Virus record (IMG/VR): IMGVR_UViG_3300036985_002246
Location: 96,001 to 160,000 of that record
Length of the DNA: 64,000 nt
Strand: one strand, 5' to 3'
Source of the DNA: a virus
The notes beneath the pieces were generated by a model that was not told the origin of the DNA, did not search any database, and saw nothing but the letters and a program-made list of their open reading frames with translations. Position numbers and translations under genes: made by a program. How positions within the stretch are numbered: the first letter of the stretch is position 1; each line of letters starts with the position of its first letter. Positions 35,894-45,587 of the stretch are shown here, piece after piece.

Positions 35894-36023
35894 GTCTCAA
35901 TACCAATCCCTTACTACGACAGCCCTACTGTTTGGGTTGTCCCGTCTGCTTCGGCAGGCGGAGGCTTCGAGACACGATCCAACACCACTCTCCCGAACAG
36001 GGAGCAGAGACAGGAGCAAGGCT

Positions 36024-36710
36024 ATGCCTTTGCTTGGACAGGCGAGCGGTGGGTGGACGGAGAGCAGCAGCGCGCTGAGGATTCTTCACGTCGGTATTCG
36101 GAATACCGTCGGAGTCCTCACGGATGATGCGTTCCGTCAGCAGAACCCGCCGATCATCAACACCGCAGGAACCGTCACCACGTCGCCCGGAGCCCTCACC
36201 GAGGTCTTCGGCGTTCTCTCGGGCTCGGTCGCGTTCACGCGCCCGGACGCGGGAAGCAACCACATCGGCGGTCCCGTGACCGTCGCCGTGAGCGGCGTCA
36301 CCGCAGCCCAGGCGTTCAACACGCGCCCGCTCGGCTGCTTCATCAACAACGCCGCAGGCAACCCCTACGAGAACCTCCCCGCGAGCGCCTCGAACAAGGG
36401 TCCCTACGTCGCTGCCATGGGCACCTACGGGAACCGTCTCTACGAGACGCAGTTCCTCATGGCTGCCGCGCCCTTCCTGATCGGCGCGTCGCTCCCCTAC
36501 CTGGTCGGCCAGGACCTGATCTCGTCGGTCAACGGCTACCTCATGCCGCGTTGGGTGGACAACGCGGGTGCGGTCGTCTCGCTCGACATCGCGGGCTTCT
36601 CGCTCGAAGTCACCAACGGCCATGGCGCTGGGACCTCGCAGACACTGGGCGTTCTCAAGATGGTCCCCGACTCGGTCATGACCGAGTGCGTCTACGACGC
36701 GCGCGTCTGA
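36024..36710 (+). CDS. Putative capsid decoration/cement protein
   Basis: AGGAG RBS; directly upstream of the MCP; beta/Gly-rich. Confidence 0.6.
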   Translation: MPLLGQASGGWTESSSALRILHVGIRNTVGVLTDDAFRQQNPPIINTAGTVTTSPGALTEVFGVLSGSVAFTRPDAGSNHIGGPVTVAVSGVTAAQAFNTRPLGCFINNAAGNPYENLPASASNKGPYVAAMGTYGNRLYETQFLMAAAPFLIGASLPYLVGQDLISSVNGYLMPRWVDNAGAVVSLDIAGFSLEVTNGHGAGTSQTLGVLKMVPDSVMTECVYDARV

Positions 36711-36735
36711 ACCGAAGGAAAGGAGACACCCAGTC

Positions 36736-37614
36736 ATGACAACCAACGTCAACAACGCTGTCAAGCAGAAGATCATCAGCGACTACCTCAAGACAGCGTC
36801 GGGCCGCAACAAGCTCGCCGCGTCTATGACGCAGCCGCTCCGCACTCGCCGGGACTACATGAGCGTCGGTCGCAAGACCTTCCTCGTGGAGCAGCTTCCC
36901 GACGGCGCGCTTCCGATCTACGACAAGGACCCGGACGTGACCGCGTTCGTGGTCGGCGAGGAGGGCGAGAACATTCTCGCTATCACCAAGCCCCGTCGTG
37001 TGATCTTCCCGCTGTTCGAGATCGCCTCGAACCCGGAGATCCCGCTCACGCAGATCAAGGAGCGTCGCTTCGACCTGATCGAGCGCGCCCAGGATCTCGC
37101 TCGGGCGCAGATCCAGGCTGCTGAGGACGAGCGCGTCTTCGCGGTTCTGGACGCAATCGCAATCAACGGCTTCGACTCGCTTCCGGGCGGGACGAACCCG
37201 GACGTGCCGGTCATCGCCCCGATCACGGGCGCTGTGCTCGCGGACGCCTTCTCGCTCATCGAGCGCCACGACCTCCGGGTCGCTCGCGTGTACATGAACG
37301 CACGGGACTACGCGGACATTCGCAAGTTCGGTCGCGACATTCTCGACATCGAGAGCCAGGCGACGCTGCTCAAGACCGGCCTCCAGGCGACCCTCTGGGG
37401 CGCTCAGGTCATCACGAGCCGCCTCGTTCCCGTCGGCACCGTGTACGTCTGCTGCGAGCCCGAGATGTTCGGTCGGATCCCGGTCCGCACGGAACTCACG
37501 GTCCTCTCGGCGGACGACCCGAAGGCCCGCACGATCGGCTTCAGCGTCTTTGAAAATCTCGGCATTGGCGCGTACAACCCCCGTGGGTTGGTCCGCCTCA
37601 CGATCACCCGCTGA
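36736..37614 (+). CDS. Major capsid protein (HK97-like fold)
   Basis: 292 aa; strong RBS AAGGAG; FEIASNPEI...RAQIQAAEDERVF; position after protease and scaffold. Confidence 0.85.
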   Translation: MTTNVNNAVKQKIISDYLKTASGRNKLAASMTQPLRTRRDYMSVGRKTFLVEQLPDGALPIYDKDPDVTAFVVGEEGENILAITKPRRVIFPLFEIASNPEIPLTQIKERRFDLIERAQDLARAQIQAAEDERVFAVLDAIAINGFDSLPGGTNPDVPVIAPITGAVLADAFSLIERHDLRVARVYMNARDYADIRKFGRDILDIESQATLLKTGLQATLWGAQVITSRLVPVGTVYVCCEPEMFGRIPVRTELTVLSADDPKARTIGFSVFENLGIGAYNPRGLVRLTITR

Positions 37615-37661
37615 TAGCGGTTGGTCGCTGAAAAGCCGGGACTCAAAGCGAGCCCACCCGC

Positions 37662-37701
37662 CAGACCCGGTTCCCGAAAGGGGGCCGGGTCTGTCGCTTT
37701 C
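37662..37701 (+). terminator. Terminator-like hairpin after the MCP
   Basis: cagacccggttccc-GAAA-gggggccgggtctg, then tcgctttc. Confidence 0.7.
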
Positions 37702-37761
37702 TGGTTGCATTTTGGAGCATTGTCTGCCACATTTTGCCCAATGTGAGCTATCGACTGCCCT

Positions 37762-38685
37762 GTGTCTCCGGAGGAGCTTCGCCGTCTCGTGAGGGACGAG
37801 AAGTTGACCGACGCAGAGGTGGCTGCACGCCTCCCTGGTGGGACAATCAAGCGCGTTCAGTCGTGGCGACGCCGATACGCCATTGAGGTTGTGGCTCGGT
37901 GGGAGCGGGGTGAGGTACCACCTATCGAGGGGCAGTTGAGGTCCCTCTTGGTGGGCTCAATGCTGGGGGACGGTCGCATTGTTCACCGCACCCATGCTGC
38001 TCACTTCGCAGAGGGTCACTGTGAAGCCCAACGCCCCTACTTGGAGTGGAAGGCCAGTCTCTGGGGCGCTTGGGCACGCCCAATCTTCGACGTGCCTGAC
38101 AAGCGGGGGTACGTCCACTCTCGAATGAACACAGTGGCGCATGGGTCACTCGTCCCGTGGCGTGACCTGTTCTACGCCACCAGAGACAAGGGTTGGAAGC
38201 GGCTCCTGCCGGAGGTGGCGGACCTCGTAGACGAGTTTGCCCTGGCCGTCTGGTACCTGGACGACGGGTGTGCAGCCTGGTGGCCTACGATCACCTTCGG
38301 GGCAGACGAGCAGAGCCGCCAGGTCGCCCTAGCAATCTTCGAGAAGTTTGGGCTCAATCCTCGCTGGAGCCCTGTGAAGGGGAAGACCGGTGAGTTCCAC
38401 ATGGAGCGTGAGGACACAGCCCACAGGTTCCTCGACCTGATCCAGCCCCATGTCCCGGAGTGCATGGCCTACAAGCTCCGTGACTTTGGCTTCCAGGGGC
38501 CGCACTACCAGGTCCGACAGAAGGTGTCTCCGGACAGACTCCGGGAGCTAGCCTCCCAAGGCACTCCGATCCGCCGCATGGCGAAGCTCCTGGGTGTGGG
38601 TGCCTCTACAGTGGACCGCTGGCTCCTGGACCTGGGTATCCCCCATGCTCGAAAGAAGGGCCGACCCTCGCTACTTGCCCTGTGA
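37762..38685 (+). CDS. Free-standing LAGLIDADG homing endonuclease with terminal HTHs
   Basis: LLVGSMLGDG and ALAVWYLDDG motifs; PYLEWK. Confidence 0.85.
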   Translation: MSPEELRRLVRDEKLTDAEVAARLPGGTIKRVQSWRRRYAIEVVARWERGEVPPIEGQLRSLLVGSMLGDGRIVHRTHAAHFAEGHCEAQRPYLEWKASLWGAWARPIFDVPDKRGYVHSRMNTVAHGSLVPWRDLFYATRDKGWKRLLPEVADLVDEFALAVWYLDDGCAAWWPTITFGADEQSRQVALAIFEKFGLNPRWSPVKGKTGEFHMEREDTAHRFLDLIQPHVPECMAYKLRDFGFQGPHYQVRQKVSPDRLRELASQGTPIRRMAKLLGVGASTVDRWLLDLGIPHARKKGRPSLLAL

Positions 38686-38706
38686 GGGCGTAAGGGTGTG
38701 GTCGGG

Positions 38707-38735
38707 TTGCTCCTCGCTTAGATTGGGTGTAGCTT
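38707..38735 (+). promoter_or_regulatory. Sigma-70-like promoter for the tmRNA
   Basis: TTGCTC-17 nt-TAGCTT, ending 10 nt before the mature 5' end. Confidence 0.6.
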
Positions 38736-38744
38736 CAAATCTCA

Positions 38745-39154
38745 GGGCTCGTCACGGTTTCGACGGGGTGTTCTACGACTGTGCTGCGTGTCCCGGTTGG
38801 TCTGCTCGCCGGGTAAAAAGCAGACCAAACATAGCTGCGAACGACAACAGCTACGCCTCAGCCGCAATCGCGGCCTGAAGCCGTTGACGAGGAGAGTCCG
38901 CCTAACACTCTCCTCGTTGGCGTAATCGAGTTGGGCGAAAATCCCGGACGTACTTCAGCGGGAGCCGAAAGGCGATCTGAGGAACTGGTGGAGGGCAATC
39001 GGGCAACCGTGAGCCCCTCGGGGAGTCCCGAAAGGGAGAGGTCGTCGGGCCTCGTGCTTTCCTCGTATCAAAACAGGCACGGACTTCGGCTACGCACGTA
39101 GACGCACAGAAGAAGGCATTCCGGACGCGGGTTCGACTCCCGCCGAGTCCACAA
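38745..39154 (+). ncRNA. ssrA: tmRNA (tag ANDNSYASAAIAA*, 38837-38878)
   Basis: 5' GGGCUCG...UUUCGACGGGG; 3' GGACGCGGGUUCGACUCCCGCCGAGUCC-A; acceptor stem with G3:U70; resume context ATAGCT|GCG AAC GAC; CCA not encoded (ACAA). Confidence 0.93.
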
Positions 39155-39157
39155 GTG

Positions 39158-39197
39158 GGGGCGGGCAACCTTTCAAGTTGCCCGCCCCTTTCCTTTG
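39158..39197 (+). terminator. Intrinsic terminator after the tmRNA
   Basis: ggggcgggcaac-7 nt-gttgcccgcccc, then tttccttt. Confidence 0.75.
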
Positions 39198-39232
39198 GTG
39201 CTTCGGTGGACTCTCAATAAAGTCCATGGGGC

Positions 39233-40054
39233 ATGACTGACAAGCTCGCCGCTGCCGATTCCGGGGACTTCGCTCGTTGGGTGCTCTCGAACTACTCGGA
39301 CCCGATCCCGGAGTCTGAGGCGCGCTCGTTTATCGAGAGCAAGCTGGGCCTGGAGATCAAGCCGCCCCGCAAGCCCCGTGGCGGCCCCCGCTTCCAGAAG
39401 GGTGACGAGGTTGTCATCAAGAAGGACAAGCACAAGAACGCCGAGACCATGGAGGTCTACGCGGAGTTCAACGGCAAGGTCGGCGAGGTGATCGACACCG
39501 ACTCGACTGGGGCCACCGTGAAGTTCAAGTCGGGCGGCGAAGGCGTGTTCCCGGACGCTCAGAAGCTCCGTGGCGTCGGGATCTACAAGTACACGCCCCC
39601 CTTCGTCATGCAGGGCTCCCCGGCGCTGGAAATGGTCTACCTCGCCGAAGAGAAGGAGATCCGCGACGAGCAGAAGGTGATCGTCGATCGGTATCTCTCG
39701 AACGGGAAGACCCAGACCCGCTCCGGCAACTACTACTCTGGCTACGCCTTCACGGCCAGCGTGAACCAGGGCGGCCAGGTCTACTTCTCGGTCTTCCCCC
39801 AGCAGCGCGTCGAGGTGGACCCGGAGTCGGAGAGCGGCTTCCTCCCCCGCAGCTTCAACCCGACGAAGGGCCAGGTGCTCTACATGGGCCTGCTCGGCAA
39901 GCGTCCGGTCGGCTGGAAGGACCAGTGGGCGGAGCAGGAGAACGCTGGGCCGGAGGGTGCAATGCACTCGGCCTCGCTCCGCGCCAAGGTCATTCGGCTC
40001 GCCCATGCGAAGCCTGAGCTTCGGGCAGCCCTCCTCCCGCTCCTGAAGAAGTGA
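39233..40054 (+). CDS. Hypothetical protein with KOW/SH3-like segment and C-terminal LRAKVIRLAH tag
   Basis: FQKGDEVVI...GKVGEVI; terminal tag. Confidence 0.7.
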   Translation: MTDKLAAADSGDFARWVLSNYSDPIPESEARSFIESKLGLEIKPPRKPRGGPRFQKGDEVVIKKDKHKNAETMEVYAEFNGKVGEVIDTDSTGATVKFKSGGEGVFPDAQKLRGVGIYKYTPPFVMQGSPALEMVYLAEEKEIRDEQKVIVDRYLSNGKTQTRSGNYYSGYAFTASVNQGGQVYFSVFPQQRVEVDPESESGFLPRSFNPTKGQVLYMGLLGKRPVGWKDQWAEQENAGPEGAMHSASLRAKVIRLAHAKPELRAALLPLLKK

Positions 40055-40130
40055 GTCTCACGGCCCTCCAGGTTGAGGGCTGGCCACGTCGGTAGAGTCC
40101 CCCGGAGGCACCAACCTCTGGAGGACTCGT

Positions 40131-41327
40131 ATGGCCGCTGAGACTGCTGAGATCCAATTCGCCACTGGGACGTTCCAATCGTTCCGGGCTGTCGCGAAGA
40201 TTCACCTTGGGAAGATCGCGACGGACGTTCGCGAGGGCGACATTATCCAGTTCGACGGTCAGACGATCAAGCTCGGGGGCGTGGACCACTCCTACCCCGA
40301 GCTTCGAGCGGGTATCCGTGTCGGCTGGTTCGTCCCTGAGGCCGACAATATCTCGAACTACAAGCCCAAGCCCGCCGACACCAACGTCCGGGCTGCCGTC
40401 GAGTCCAAGACCAAGGGGAAGAAGCAGGCGCTCCCCACAGTCTCCGACGACGAGAAGGACATGGGACCGGCCCGTGGGCGTCACGTCGTCAAGGCGGACG
40501 ACCCCGACGAGGCCACTGAGGTCGCTTCCTTCAGCCGCGAAGTGAAGAACCAGGACGACCTGGAGCGCCCTGTCGGCCCCTCAATCCGGCGGACGGCAAG
40601 CGAGCAGAAGACCGACTCTGTCGGCAACGAGGACGCAAGGCCGGTTGGCAAGGTCCGGACCCCTGCGGTCATGAAGACCGTCGTGTCAGACGGCACCCAG
40701 GCTGCCCGTGAGGCAGCCAGGCTCGACAACGCTCCCCCTCCTCGTGCGATCCTCAACACGCCCAAGGGTGCGATCCATGCGGCGGAGGCTGAGAAGGTCG
40801 AGTCAATCCTCGACACTCTCAATCCTGAGGACCAGGCTCGTATCGTCCAGGAGCAGCGCAAGGCTCAGGCGCAGGCCGCTGCCAAGGCCGCTGCCAAGGT
40901 TGAGACAGCCGAAGAGGCTGCACCGAAGAAGGTCGAGCCCAAGGCTGCGAAGCCCGCCCAGGTCCCGGACGCGCCCCCTCCTATGACCCGTGAGCAGCAG
41001 ATCGCCGCTGCCCGCCTCCTCCTGGCTGAGGAGGACGCTCGGGTCGCCGCAGCGGCAGCACCTCCCAAGGCTGCCGCCCCCAAGGCTGTGCCGCCCAAGA
41101 AGAAGGCACCGACCTCAATCGAGCAGATCGTGATCGAGGGCACCGACCTCGACCTGGGTCACGGCGTCAAGTGGGACAAGACCCTCCACTGGCGGACCCG
41201 AGCGAAGATCGCTGCTGAGCAGTACGGGACCAATCAAGTGGTCCTGGAAGCTATCCGGGCAGTCGAGGCTCCGGCGGTGGTGGCTCTCATTGCAGAGCGC
41301 CTCGCTGCGATCCACCCGACCGCCTGA
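40131..41327 (+). CDS. Hypothetical protein with Ala/Pro/Lys-rich linker
   Basis: GGAGG RBS; codon usage. Confidence 0.7.
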   Translation: MAAETAEIQFATGTFQSFRAVAKIHLGKIATDVREGDIIQFDGQTIKLGGVDHSYPELRAGIRVGWFVPEADNISNYKPKPADTNVRAAVESKTKGKKQALPTVSDDEKDMGPARGRHVVKADDPDEATEVASFSREVKNQDDLERPVGPSIRRTASEQKTDSVGNEDARPVGKVRTPAVMKTVVSDGTQAAREAARLDNAPPPRAILNTPKGAIHAAEAEKVESILDTLNPEDQARIVQEQRKAQAQAAAKAAAKVETAEEAAPKKVEPKAAKPAQVPDAPPPMTREQQIAAARLLLAEEDARVAAAAAPPKAAAPKAVPPKKKAPTSIEQIVIEGTDLDLGHGVKWDKTLHWRTRAKIAAEQYGTNQVVLEAIRAVEAPAVVALIAERLAAIHPTA

Positions 41328-41396
41328 CCGGGTCCGTCTCGGTTTCTCGCGGATAGGACGTGGTAGTACGAAGCAGCCTTCGCTGCCTGTACACCC

Positions 41397-42119
41397 ATGA
41401 ACAGAACCAAAAGAGCCTCCAGTCAGGTCGCCTGGTCACTCCTCACTGAGGGTGTGACTCAGGCCCGCGTGGACATTCACCGTCTGCGGCTCATGTTCGA
41501 CCGAGCCCAGGTGCTGGTGGAGGAGTCCACGCAGCGGGACCACCTCTACTCGGTGGCGGGCGACATGATTGAGGGTCTTCCGGACACCCTCTCCTCCGTG
41601 GAGAGGGCGCTCGACCGGACCTCCTACGCGCTCGCTGTCATGGGTGAGGACTTCCTCCGCAGCAGGCTCACGTTCGACGACCGTGTCCGGGTGGACAGGG
41701 CCACGACGACCTCTCCCTTCTCGTCAAACCGGCAGAAGGAGTCGATCGAGGCCCGTGTGGCTCGTCGCTTCATTCAGGCTCAGAAGGGTGTGGCTCCGAG
41801 CGCGGAGCCCTACTTCTTCCACAACCCTGAGTTGCATGAGGTCCGGCAGTTCAGCCGGTCCAACGCCCCCTCGAACATTCCTGCCGTCGCCGTCAACGCG
41901 GTGAAGGACCTGGACTCCTCTGAGCGGACGGTCGGTGAGGCCCGCCGAGAGGTCAAGAACGCCCCTCCGGTCCCGACGAAGATCGACCAAATGCCCGGTG
42001 GCAAGGAGTTCTCCACGCTCAACCGCTACCTCGTGAGGACCGTGCAGCCTGGGGTGCGTGGTGTTCCGGAAGGCCACGACGAGGTTCGCAAGCACCCCAA
42101 GCCGAAGGGGAACCTGTGA
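41397..42119 (+). CDS. Hypothetical (putative head) protein
   Basis: KRAS leader; RVARRF motif. Confidence 0.65.
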   Translation: MNRTKRASSQVAWSLLTEGVTQARVDIHRLRLMFDRAQVLVEESTQRDHLYSVAGDMIEGLPDTLSSVERALDRTSYALAVMGEDFLRSRLTFDDRVRVDRATTTSPFSSNRQKESIEARVARRFIQAQKGVAPSAEPYFFHNPELHEVRQFSRSNAPSNIPAVAVNAVKDLDSSERTVGEARREVKNAPPVPTKIDQMPGGKEFSTLNRYLVRTVQPGVRGVPEGHDEVRKHPKPKGNL

Positions 42120-42694
42120 TGCCCCGGAACATTTCCAACCTCAACGGGTACACCTCCGAGCGGCAGCTTTCGATCTTCCACAAGGGCGACTCCATGCCCA
42201 TGAAGATCGACCGGGCCATGGCGCGACATGGCTGGCCCGGAGGTACGTTCGTTCGCTGGGTGGACGACGGCACGGGCGACCCCTGCGTCACGATCGCTGA
42301 CGGTCGCTACTGCGGGTTCACCCCGTGGGGCTCGAACGAGCCTGCGGACCAGTACACGTCGATCACACAGACGAACCCGACGTACCGGTACATTACCCTG
42401 TTCTTCGGTGGCAACTTCGTCGCCACCACGACCTTCGAGACGCAGACCTACAAGGCCCGTCACGGCTTGACCCCGCCCACGCCTCTCGTCTACGCCCCAC
42501 AGGACTTCCTGTACGTCAGCGAGAACGGGATCATTACCAATCAGGACGAGAGCAACCCGCTGGTGAACCCCGGTGGTCTGTTCCCTGACGGCACCCCAAT
42601 CCTCGTGCCGTTCCTGTACTTCGGCCTGTGCGCTGTGCCCCCGAGCACCGCGACCGACGGCAAAATCTTCGTACAGACGAACGTCGGAGTCTGA
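42116..42694 (+). CDS. Putative decoration/cement-like protein
   Basis: N-terminus (RQLSIFHKG) loosely resembles 36024-36710 (SALRILHVG). Confidence 0.5.
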   Translation: MMPRNISNLNGYTSERQLSIFHKGDSMPMKIDRAMARHGWPGGTFVRWVDDGTGDPCVTIADGRYCGFTPWGSNEPADQYTSITQTNPTYRYITLFFGGNFVATTTFETQTYKARHGLTPPTPLVYAPQDFLYVSENGIITNQDESNPLVNPGGLFPDGTPILVPFLYFGLCAVPPSTATDGKIFVQTNVGV

Positions 42695-42696
42695 CC

Positions 42697-44289
42697 ATGA
42701 GCGGGCCGTCCCGACAGGCAGGACACGCTGCCCCGGCGGGCGAACTCTTCGGGGTTCGCACCGTCGTGGACGAGAAGCCTGCCAAGGGGATCGACGACCC
42801 TCTCGGCGACACGATCTACCACTCCCCAGGTGAGTCTCCGAAGTCTGACCGTGAGCGGGCCAAGCCGCAGCGGACGGACACCAGGGAGAACCTCGACAAG
42901 GACCCGCCGGACCCGCCGGTCTTCAACACCCCCGGCCCCTCTGTTCCCATGCGGGACAGGGACACCCGGACGCCTGGCGACCCAGACCAGAGCGACAAGA
43001 TCAAGGTCCGCACGCCCAGCGTCCCCGGTGAGGAGTACGGCCACCCCTACAAGGACAACGTCTACCCTCGCCGCACCGACGGGGAGGGTGGTCCGAAGCC
43101 CTCACACACGGCCTCTGACTCCGACTTGAGTGAGGAGGAGGAGTTCCGGCTGGCTGGGCTCTTCCCCTCGTACTCGAAGCGGCAGCACAAGCAGCGGGGC
43201 CAGGCGAAGCGGTACTATCAGAAGTACTACCGGCGGCACAAGGGTCGGATCAAGACGAAGGCCAAGCGCCGGTACAAGAAGGTCCGCAACAGTCCGAGCT
43301 TCAAGCGGCAGCGCAAGCTCCGGAACAACCCCAAGTACAAGAGCCGCTTTCGCAGGCTCCCGGCTGGGGGGGTTCACTCGACGACTGAAATGGCGGACAG
43401 GCACCGCAAGCACGCCTCTGAGCCGCTCACCTTCTTCCACTCGGTCTTCGGGTGGGGGGACATTACGGACTTCTCTGAGGAGGGTGTGGTAGTCCACCTC
43501 GACGGCGAGGAGGAGGAGTGCCTCACGATCCCGATCTCCCTGTTCGTGAGGGGCGTCGTCTTCGACTCGGAGGAGGACACAGACTCCTTCTTCGACACTC
43601 TCGACGAGGTGTACGGAACACCTGACCCACGGGCCGTCGCTGCCACCTTCTACCGGGAGGTCTACACGCCCGGCTGGAACATGGACCCAGGGCAGGGGGC
43701 GCAGAATCTCGGCCTCCCAGGTCCGGAGAGCCCGATCGTGGACTCCCTCGAAGAGGAGCACGACGACCGGGCTCCAGGGCACAAGCTCGACATTCGCGAG
43801 TTCGACGGTGGCGGCGGCTCGGCCAAGGTCATTCCTTCGGGCCATGACTTCGCCAACAAGGAAGCCCACGGCCCCTCCGCCATTCGGGTCGCCAAGCGGC
43901 TCGCTGAAATGCTCGACGGCACCTCGAATGAGGTCCTTCAGCGGTCCACCTCGATCAAGCCGAAGGGGAAGCGGTTCGACCCGAAGAACTCAATGTTCAC
44001 GTTCAGCGTTCCCGGCTCGGGTGGTGACTCCTACGTCGTGCGGATCAAGGCACTTCGCAAGGGCAACGTCACGAAGCTCTCGAAAATGGACCTGCTGGTG
44101 TCATGCTCGTGCGACTTCTGGCGGTGGCAGGGTCCAGAGCATTGGGCGAAGGTTGAGAGCTACCTCTACGGGAAGCCTCGTGGGACGGCCTCCAAGCCCG
44201 ACATGAAGGACCCCTCCGGAGACCACCGTCTCTGCAAGCACGCAGCAGCCTGCCTTCGCTCGGTCAAGGGTTGGGAGCTTTCGAGGTAA
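42697..44289 (+). CDS. Multidomain protein: Arg/Lys-rich tract, acidic segment, C-terminal SWIM Zn finger
   Basis: SCSCDF...LCKHAAA SWIM pattern; basic tract ~43180-43360. Confidence 0.7.
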   Translation: MSGPSRQAGHAAPAGELFGVRTVVDEKPAKGIDDPLGDTIYHSPGESPKSDRERAKPQRTDTRENLDKDPPDPPVFNTPGPSVPMRDRDTRTPGDPDQSDKIKVRTPSVPGEEYGHPYKDNVYPRRTDGEGGPKPSHTASDSDLSEEEEFRLAGLFPSYSKRQHKQRGQAKRYYQKYYRRHKGRIKTKAKRRYKKVRNSPSFKRQRKLRNNPKYKSRFRRLPAGGVHSTTEMADRHRKHASEPLTFFHSVFGWGDITDFSEEGVVVHLDGEEEECLTIPISLFVRGVVFDSEEDTDSFFDTLDEVYGTPDPRAVAATFYREVYTPGWNMDPGQGAQNLGLPGPESPIVDSLEEEHDDRAPGHKLDIREFDGGGGSAKVIPSGHDFANKEAHGPSAIRVAKRLAEMLDGTSNEVLQRSTSIKPKGKRFDPKNSMFTFSVPGSGGDSYVVRIKALRKGNVTKLSKMDLLVSCSCDFWRWQGPEHWAKVESYLYGKPRGTASKPDMKDPSGDHRLCKHAAACLRSVKGWELSR

Positions 44290-44297
44290 CGTCTCCC

Positions 44298-44681
44298 ATG
44301 CCCACCTACGACTACGAGTGCCCCAAGTGCGAGTCGAGCTTCGAGCGAGTGCTCCCGCTGGCTCAGTACCGAGACCCCCAGACCTGTGAGACGTGCGGGG
44401 AGATTGCGACGAAGGTCATGTCCCCGGTCAACTTCGTGCTCAAGGGCGACAACTGGGCGTCGAAGGCCAATCGGATCAGCGGGCAAATGGCTCAGAAGAA
44501 CCGCAAGCTCGACGCCAAGCAGGCAGAGAGAAAGCGGTCCATGCCCGGCGTCACCCTCGTGCCCAACGTCAACGGGGAGCGCGTTGGCTCCTGGTCGGAA
44601 GCTCAGAAGCTCGCGGCCTCGAAGGGCAAGAACGCCGAGTCCTACGCTCCGAAGGTCCGCAAGGAACAGGCGAAGCAGTAG
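44298..44681 (+). CDS. FmdB-family zinc-ribbon protein
   Basis: MPTYDYECPKCESSFE...CETCG...KGDNW. Confidence 0.85.
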   Translation: MPTYDYECPKCESSFERVLPLAQYRDPQTCETCGEIATKVMSPVNFVLKGDNWASKANRISGQMAQKNRKLDAKQAERKRSMPGVTLVPNVNGERVGSWSEAQKLAASKGKNAESYAPKVRKEQAKQ

Positions 44682-44715
44682 GTACGCAATAGATCCCCGG
44701 TAGGAGAACCTCTAC

Positions 44716-45474
44716 ATGACCCGCCAGCGAGACATTCCCTCCATTCAGTACCGGAGCCAGGGCCAGATCAATCTGACCCTCCCGAAGGCTCCGGGGATCG
44801 ACTTCTACGAGGTCCGTGGCGCGGCACGCCTGAATGACGCCTACGGGGCGGTCGCTGGCGTGCCTGGGTTCGGGGCGAACCCAATGTTCCGGATTCCCTG
44901 CGGAGGGGACTTCCGCTCGAAGGCGATCCAAATGAAGCGGCTCCCAGCCGTCGAGGAGTCGCAGCGAGGTCTGTCTCGGGCGGTCTATGACCCCGACGAC
45001 TTCGCCACTCCGATCGTGGCAGGGGCGACCTACCTCCCGAGCGACGAGGTGACGGCGTACCTTCGTGTGGCCGCGTTCGACCGTGCGACCAACGCCTTCC
45101 TGCCCGAAGGTCCGATCCTGATTGTGCCACCCTACGACTTCTTCTCGACGAAGGAGCCGATCTTCACGCTCACAGGGGTTGCGCCCAATCTCGGTATCGG
45201 GGCGTTCCCCCCGAACCTCCCGGACACTCTGCCCCCGTCGGTCATGAACTTCCTGCTGCCCTCGTACAGCATGACGCTCTCGATCGTGAACCTCGACCCT
45301 GTGGTCGGTGGGAAGCCTATCTTCGTGGGATTTCACCCAGGTATGCCTCCGACCGTCGTCATGCCTGGGGACGAGATCGGGCTCACGGGCGCTGGTTCCC
45401 CTGAGTTCTTCATTGCCAGCCCGAACGGGAACCCCTGGTTCACAATCCGAGTCGCGGTCGCAAACAGCGCCTAA
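44716..45474 (+). CDS. Hypothetical virion protein
   Basis: AGGAG RBS; Pro-rich, beta-rich. Confidence 0.65.
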   Translation: MTRQRDIPSIQYRSQGQINLTLPKAPGIDFYEVRGAARLNDAYGAVAGVPGFGANPMFRIPCGGDFRSKAIQMKRLPAVEESQRGLSRAVYDPDDFATPIVAGATYLPSDEVTAYLRVAAFDRATNAFLPEGPILIVPPYDFFSTKEPIFTLTGVAPNLGIGAFPPNLPDTLPPSVMNFLLPSYSMTLSIVNLDPVVGGKPIFVGFHPGMPPTVVMPGDEIGLTGAGSPEFFIASPNGNPWFTIRVAVANSA

Positions 45475-45587
45475 CGCAGATTGGGTCCGGTAGAGGGTCT
45501 ATCGTGGACCCTCTACGGAGAGGGCTTCGGGCTCTCACATTTCACCCCCGTTCTCTGCGGCGGGTCCATTCTCAGGGAGACAAGACA

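Noticed and set aside
37615-38744. LAGLIDADG as an intron-encoded ORF within the MCP or tmRNA
   Set aside because: The MCP ends with a stop and terminator, and the tmRNA has its own downstream promoter; the gene is free-standing.
38745-39154. tmRNA as prophage attachment site or host boundary; also a possible tRNA from the T-arm
   Set aside because: Phage genes continue on both sides, with no integrase or duplicated 3' fragment; the T-arm belongs to the tmRNA. No tRNA genes were found.
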